Shown here: in pieces, positions 57,181-64,000 of the stretch
How the letters are laid out: every line of letters starts with the position of its first letter
Position numbering within the stretch: the first letter of the stretch is position 1
Assembly: GCF_009914755.1 (NCBI RefSeq)
Contig: NC_060931.1
Direction: 5' to 3' (one strand)
Length of the DNA: 64,000 nucleotides
Origin: the human T2T-CHM13v2.0 reference genome, Homo sapiens
Program-made: the position numbers and the translations under genes
Notes under the pieces: generated by a model
What the model was told of the DNA's origin: nothing
The model's input: the letters and a program-made list of their open reading frames with translations, nothing else
Databases searched by the model: none

Positions 57181-58069
57181 CATGAGGAACCACTTTGCAT
57201 ATCCTAATATGAAAGGACGCGAATAAAGCTATCTATGTATTTCACAGACACTTTTAGATTTGACACTTTGCATCTAAGTGGAGGAATATGAAGGAGGAAG
57301 AAGACATTTATATTTATTTTTATTATTGATTTTCACCAGCCTGATGTATTTTCTTTAAAAAAAAAAAGGCATTGACCCCAAATTGGCTAATTATTATTTT
57401 TTAATTTTGAAAGTAATATATATTCTGTTAAAAAAATATTAAACTGAAAATTCCACTACCTGTAATTTCCCCGATTCTGCTCCCTGTAGCTAATCACTGC
57501 TAGGAATAGTTTCTTATGTAACATTACAGGAATTGCCTTCAAATTACTTTTTAGTTTTCATTTTCAATAGATCACTTCAAAACTATTTACAATGTAGCTA
57601 AAGTATGGATTATAAAACCAAAGAAACAATTGAGAATCACTAAACTGACAGTCAGCACTAACAAAAAAGCAACAGCACTTAATCAATTACATCCATCCGT
57701 GTATCTGTATACAAGCTTGTCATGCCCGATTAACTTTACATAGAGATTGCATTTTAAAAAATATAATGTATAGACTTTGAAATTGTGGAATTTTAGATCT
57801 GAGAGTAACCTTAGAACTAAATTAGTGTTACTTCCTAATTTTATAGGTAAGGTAAGTAAGTGAGAACTGGATAAACTAGTTCAATGAGATGAATCCAAAT
57901 CCCTTGACCCCCAACTATATGTGCGATAATGTCAAACTCTGTGAACTAGAGATGTAACAACTAACTATGGATGCTCAACAATTTAAACCAAATAAAAACA
58001 CAGCTACAAAACACTTCACTGGTTAAAAAAAAAAGGTACAATGAATCAATACTAATTACATCAATAACA

Positions 58070-58690
58070 TCTGAAGACCAGTATTACACTATGAATAACA
58101 TAATTACTTACTCCCAAGATGTTTACAGGCTAGCTAGGGAGGTAAGACATAAACATGTTTTAGAAATCTAGCAATGCAAAGAGAAATGAGTACAAAATAA
58201 CTCATAAGATTGCTACATAAATGAGCAATTGCTATAGGAATGAGTGCTATAGGGATGAGAGGCAGGAATAACTTGTGAATTGTGATGGTGTCATAGAGGA
58301 GGTGGCATTTCAGTCAGGTTTACAGGCCACATAAAAGAAATAGGATTTCTTATGCCAGCAAAAATAGATATAAACAAAGGTGCAAAAATAAGAAAGTTTC
58401 TGGTGTGTTCAGAAGACAGTGAGTACCTAAATTTAGCTGGAACTTCGGATTTGTACATGCGACAGTTGACAGTATTAAATGGCAGGGATGCTTTGGTGGA
58501 TGGAAGACTAAATGGCATACTTAGGAACTTGCGTTGTACCTTGAGGGTAACAAGAAGCCACTGAAAGTTATTAGGGAACAGGGTAATATAAATGTGGCAT
58601 TTACCTGGGTGACTCAGGTAAAGCATACGCTAGAGAATTGGGGTTAGGGTAAGAGTTGATATTAGGGGAGTCAGTTAAGAGGTGATCCCC
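58070..58690 (-). mobile_element. L2 fragment
   Basis: CAAGATGTTTACAGGCTAG...GAGGAGGTGGCATTT...GAAGCCACTGAA. Confidence 0.7.
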
Positions 58691-58852
58691 AATAGTAGCG
58701 CTTGGGTACTTGTGGAAAACAATCCCTCTTCTGATGAAAACTTCCCTGTCTTTAATTTCTCTGGGTAACTATGAGAGACAAATGATCTCAAATGAGTAGA
58801 TAATCTGCAGGTTGACTCCAAGAATGTCCATATCCATCTATTTAATACATAT

Positions 58853-59310
58853 TGTTATGGGTTGAATTGTGTCCTCCTAAATGCATATGTTGAAGTCCCA
58901 ACTCCAAGTACCTCAGAATGTCACCCTGTTGGGAAACAGGATCACTGCAGATGTAATTAGTTAAGATAAAATCATACTGAGTAGGGTATGCCCCAATCCA
59001 ATATAACTCATCATGTCCTTATGAAAACGAGAAATGTGGGCACAGACACATATATCAGGCTAACACCATGTGAAGATGATGGAAGAGATCAAGTTGATGC
59101 TCCCATAAAGCTAAGGAGCACCACAGATTGACAGCTAACTAGCAGAAGAGGCATGGCATAGATTCTTTCTCACAGGACTCAGAAGGAACCAACCCTACTG
59201 ACAGTTTGATCTTGAAATTCTGTTCTCTAGAACGGTGAGAAAATAAATTTCTGTTGTTTAAGCCACTCAATTGTGGTACTTTGCTACAACAGTCCGAGCA
59301 TACTAATGCA
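58853..59310 (+). mobile_element. MLT1C MaLR solo LTR
   Basis: TGTTATGGGTTGAATTGTGTCC...GCAGATGTAATTAGTTAAGAT...AATAAATTTCTGTTGTTTAAGCCAC...CTAATGCA. Confidence 0.9.
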
Positions 59311-60264
59311 TGTATGAACACTAGAATCTAAGAATCCAGGAAGACACCAAGTCTTAAGGTTAGATTTTGATGTTCTCTTGAGTGCAAAAAATGCTATTAA
59401 CTAAATTTGCTAAGTTTCAGAATTGAGAAATTCTCATAATACTTGTTTCTTGGATGTGTTCTAAAAAAATCTAAGAATTATGAAGAAGAAAAATTGGCAA
59501 TTTAAAATAAACTTTGTTAAAAATAAACTTTGAGGCTAAATCACTTCTTGGTTCTAAGGATTCTGTGTGATAGTAACAGCTTTTTGAAATATGTAGTCAT
59601 AAGTAGCATCTTAAGTGTATGCCTGAGTTCAAGATTTTCATTCATTTTGCATTCACTATTTCCTAGCCAAGAAAATCACCCCTTATCCATTATTTCCACT
59701 GTTGCACAGAAAACTGCCAAATGTGAAGAGGCGTATTAAATGTAAAAATATTACCAAATGATCTGGCAATAACTTCCATTGTTAAGAATGCTCATAGGTA
59801 AACCATTTCTACATTTTTCTCTTCTTAAAATTACATTTTACTAGTCAGATTAAATGAAGAATAGACCTTTAAGTTAGATGGGATGAACAAAAGAATCCAT
59901 AATTTTTGAGGGAAAAGTAATATCCAACACTTAGATTTTTTTGTAAGGTTGCCATTCGGGCCTAATTAGTAAAAAGAAGCCATCATTATTGTTTTCATTT
60001 TCTTATGAGTCCTTCCTTCAGCTCACTTCCTACTTAATTAAGAAATCACTTATTAAAACAAGTAGCTTCATTTCTTCCCAACTATCCTTGCAAATACTCA
60101 TATAATTTCCTATGAACATTTCACCACTCATAAACATCAATCCAGTTTTGAGGTTTTGTTTTCAGAGTATAAAATTTACGATGAAAGTACTTTACCATGA
60201 GTTTTTCCCTTCTTGTTTTCAACATGTGGTGGGATAAATTTCCCTAAACAGCTTTTGATTCTGA

Positions 60265-60362
60265 TTTATCCTGCTCATCAGCCTGTTACTGCCTCAATCC
60301 TTTTCTAGGCACTATTTTATCTTGCTCATCAGACTATTACAGCATCAATCCTTTTCTAGGCA
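60265..60362. repeat. Two-copy tandem duplication (47-bp unit, period 51)
   Basis: 42/47 identity between the copies. Confidence 0.9.
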
Positions 60363-62686
60363 ATAAGGCTCTCTGCAACTGTACTGCCCTCTGTACTGAG
60401 TCTTTCTTCAGTTCTCTGATCCACTAATTCTCTCAACAAAGTCTGTGCTTCTGGTAGTATATTTATCTTATGGTTTGCTGAACCCTCTATACTCCTGGGT
60501 TATTGCTCTTCCTCCAGTTTATTACTGCTGGAATACTTTCCATTCCTATGGCCGGGATCCCATGTTCAACCTTTCCTCACACCTTATCTGGTTTTCTTAG
60601 GCAGAAATGATCTCTCCTTTTGCATTCTTAGAGCTGTTCGTTCACACAATTACACAATGGTTTGTAGGGATGTGTTCTATACAACTGATTATTGCTCATT
60701 GAATTCACATCTGTGATAATAGCTCTAATACACTATTATAGTAGATCTTATGTGAGCATAGAGACTCTGGCTGTCTTGAACATCCTGAGTCACTGTTTTT
60801 CAGATTCCCTGGAAATGTTGTCATTTCTTTATTCGCAGCCATGATCCCATCAATTCTCGACTGCAACAATCCTCACCTTTTTTATGTTAATTCGAGAGTG
60901 TTCATCTTTACCTTTTTAATTTTGCCCTAACATGGCTTGAACAATGTTTTATTTTACAAGGAGCCTGTTCCATAAATATTTGTTGGTTGAAATAATGAAT
61001 AACTGAATGTCTTTCTGTCATGTCGACGTCTTGCAGAAAAATAGCACGCTAAAATCATAACCAAAAACATATGTCAAATCTATATTTAATTCTTTATAAT
61101 TTTATTAAATTATGTGAATACATGATCAACACTAAATGACTTCATTTCCCCTCAATCCTGCCTTAATTACTCAAGCCTCTCTGTTCTTCCACAATCCCAT
61201 GATTCTTTCTGTGTTATCTTTTCTTCTTTGCCTCTGCCACACTGTGGATCGTCCCTATCTTAAGCAATTTTTTTTTTGTCTGCACAGCTTCATTGACATT
61301 GAGAGATCAGTTTTGCTTATATTTTTAACTAGGCCTATGTTACACACGAATTATCTCACAGAGCTCTGGTCTTCTTCTCTTGTCACTTTCATCTTATACT
61401 TCTTCCTTGAGCTCCGTTCCTGCACTTCCAATGTACCAGACTTGCCATGTGGAAGAGCTGTTTTCCCCTTAATTTTAACATATATCATACTAAGAAGATT
61501 CCTTACAGATATACTCTGTTTGTCTTTTTGGTAGACTTCAGCTGAAAAGTCCAAGAAACATGAATAATAAAAGCATGGATAAAACTTAAGTACATTATTA
61601 TTTGGAAATATTTCATGTATAGCTTTGTGTGTATGGCCATAAACCTTAAACTATCCCAGGATTATGTCACAGAAAAATCTTAAGTAAAATTACTAGTGCT
61701 GTATTATTTAGAGATTCAATACCAGTTAGTATCACGTATACATTATCTTCTGTTGACAACAAATTATCCTTAGAAATTATCAGGGGAAACTTGCACCATA
61801 AAATCTGATTATAAAGCAAACTAGTTGGTAAATCCTTTACTCTAAAAATGTAAGTCAAGTATATTAAGATATTGCATTTGATAAAAATAAATACACATAT
61901 AAGATCCAATCTTATTAATGAAATAAATAAGCATTTTTATAATCTGTGAACAATGCCTACTTAAGAGATAATGAATTTTCCAGAAATGTTTTATTTGCCC
62001 CAAAGCAAAATGCTGTCATTTAAGCAATCTTATTTCAGCTCTGTTTTAATGTGCTGCAGATCTTCTAGTTTAATTACACAAATAAAGAAAATTACAGTGG
62101 TATTTTTGAGTGAAAATTAACCATACCTCTGGTACTATTTAATGTAATCAGAGTATGGTAGTAAGGGGAGACCATTTAATGTGTATATAAGCTCTGACAT
62201 TGTCTCCATTTTATTTATTAAATTTTTTGATGCTAGTACATAACTATAGTTTGGATTTGTAAGTCAGCAACATGGTAGGACAAAGAATATAACTAGTCAT
62301 TATAATGACCTTGATGGTCAAATCTGCCTTATCAATTTCAGTGTCCCCAGTAACTAGTTGCCTTGCATGTAAGTGCTCAGTAATTTGTGTGTTGAATACT
62401 AATTTTAAAGGAAGTCTAGAAACTATTTTTATCTAAGTTTCTACAAATCAAAAAGACGAGTTTTCTGCTTTTTTTTTTCTGGCCATCAGAGAAAATCAAC
62501 TTCTCAGGTAAAGTGAAGCATTCATCATTTACAGCCACTTTTGATTTTTCTATTTATGTAGTTCATCACTTTCTTTCCAGAAGCAAAATATTTCTAATCT
62601 GTTGTGAAAATAGGGTTTTATCATTTTTGAAGCTTTAACAACATAAAATATATGTGCATTAATCACTGTGCTCTCTTCTCTTTTAG

Positions 62687-62824
62687 AAAAAATTATGCAA
62701 TGCAGAGGAAGCCAACCTATTTAAGACAACAGGAGAGAACAGCAACTCTGCTCCACATCATTACTTTTGACAAATATTCAGGAAGTCTTAAAGTATTTAG
62801 CTCAAAAAAAGACATCTCTGTTAT
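62687..62824 (+). other. Candidate internal exon (138 nt), host gene unknown
   Basis: Branch-like TTAAT, acceptor CTCTCTTCTCTTTTAG, donor TAT|GTAAGT; length divisible by 3 with one open frame. Confidence 0.5.
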
Positions 62825-63119
62825 GTAAGTAAAACTATTTGTACCATTATTTTTCATTCACTTTCTATGTAGTATATTATTTGTACATAAAAGAGGCTAT
62901 CTTTAAGGTTTTATGGATTTATAAAACGTAACAGTGTGTTCATAATTTGTTGATTCATTCCTTTTATCAATATCCATAAAAATTTATAATTAGGTGATAT
63001 TATTTCTCAGTAGGAATAGGCAGATTGTAGAAAAGGCTTAGGGATTTGTAAAATGATACAAATAAATTCTAAATACAGCATTAGCATTCATTATCTTGCA
63101 AATGTTGTTTTTGCTTTCA

Positions 63120-63740
63120 AGTATAACACTAGATTGGATATTAGGAAATCTGGTTGCTATTTCTATCTTGCTTTGTAACCCTGGACAAGTATTCTACTTC
63201 TTAGGATCTCACCTCTTACTTAGAAAAAGAAGGGATTAAATAAGATGACCTTCAAAGATTCTTTTAGTTAATAATAATAATAATAATAGCTAGCACTTAC
63301 TATGTGCCAAATTCTGATTATTTATTCCCCACAACACTCTTTGTGGTGCTGTTATTACTATTTTACCTAAAAGAAAATTGAATCTAGAGAGGTTGAGTAA
63401 TTTGGTCAAGGTCCCATGGCTTAAAAGTGGCAGTGCTAGAAGGCGAACCCAGAAGCATGGAATAATCTGCTTCCATGCTTATAATCTGTGCTCTTAACTG
63501 CCACATCCTACTGACCCTTTTCATGAAGAATATTACATGTTTCTGCTTATGGTATTAATAGAAAGTTTTATTTTTCCCCATTGGTTCTCAGGGAAATTTA
63601 GAATTAACTTTAGAGCCAATTATTTTGACTTTATAATCCTAATTCTATCACTTACCCTCTCTGTGACCTTGGGCTAGGTGCTTACACTAAGATTCTCTTT
63701 CCTCATCTGTGAAATAAGAATACTCGCCACCCTCACAGTT
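63120..63740. mobile_element. MIR cluster: (+) 63120-63265, (TAA)n, (-) 63285-63510, (+) 63590-63740
   Basis: MIR cores (TGTAACCCTGGACAAGT; GAGAGGTTGAGTAATTTGGTCAAGG; CTGTGACCTTGGGC..TTCCTCATCTGTGAAAT). Confidence 0.75.
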
Positions 63741-64000
63741 AAACTAAAGATGCACAGTCTTTAGTTAAAGTCTTGAGTTAAAACTAAAGATGCACAGTCT
63801 AGCAGGCATTCAGCCAATTTTGTTTTCTTTCCTAATGTTTAAGTACAGAGGCTGATGCTGAGGCCAGAACTTGAAATTAAGACCACATAGTAGGCATTTT
63901 TAGGATTCACATTCCTAGTAACTCAGATGACACTTAAAATCAGACCACTGCTGAACTGTGAGGAGTCATGAAATAAAATTAAAAAGCGAAAAGCCTGCAT

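Noticed and set aside
58211-58259. Three 15-mers (TGCTA...ATGAG) as an array or CRISPR-like repeat
   Set aside because: Slippage inside an L2, with no unique spacers; eukaryotic context.

Overview
AT-rich, CpG-poor primate (human-like) genomic DNA, probably intronic or intergenic. I found no convincing multi-exon protein-coding gene and no CpG island. Many ORFs in the supplied track are read-throughs of Alu, L1, MaLR or microsatellite sequence, and none of the rest is recognisable as a protein. The window is a layered retroelement landscape: about 17 Alus (J, S, Y), L1 fragments from L1ME/MC/MB/MA/PB to a young L1PA2-like stub, an ORF1-like HAL1/L1M relic, many MIR and L2 copies, a complete MSTA MaLR provirus (5-bp TSD), a MER61 solo LTR (4-bp TSD), MLT1B/C and ERVL LTRs, and hAT/TcMar fossils. 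Most notable: (1) an old U6 snRNA/L1 chimeric retrocopy whose target site was re-used by an Alu, leaving three copies of one TSD; (2) a second U6 retrocopy cut at the internal stem-loop and A-tailed; (3) two inverted, locally templated insertions (a perfect 37-bp one, and a 128-bp, 91%-identical one flanked by 18-bp direct repeats); (4) a 106-bp AT-rich near-perfect palindrome; (5) one well-formed candidate exon at 62687-62824. I cannot support a new protein-coding system here. Repeat family names come from recalled consensus sequences and need RepeatMasker/Dfam confirmation; boundaries of old elements are approximate.
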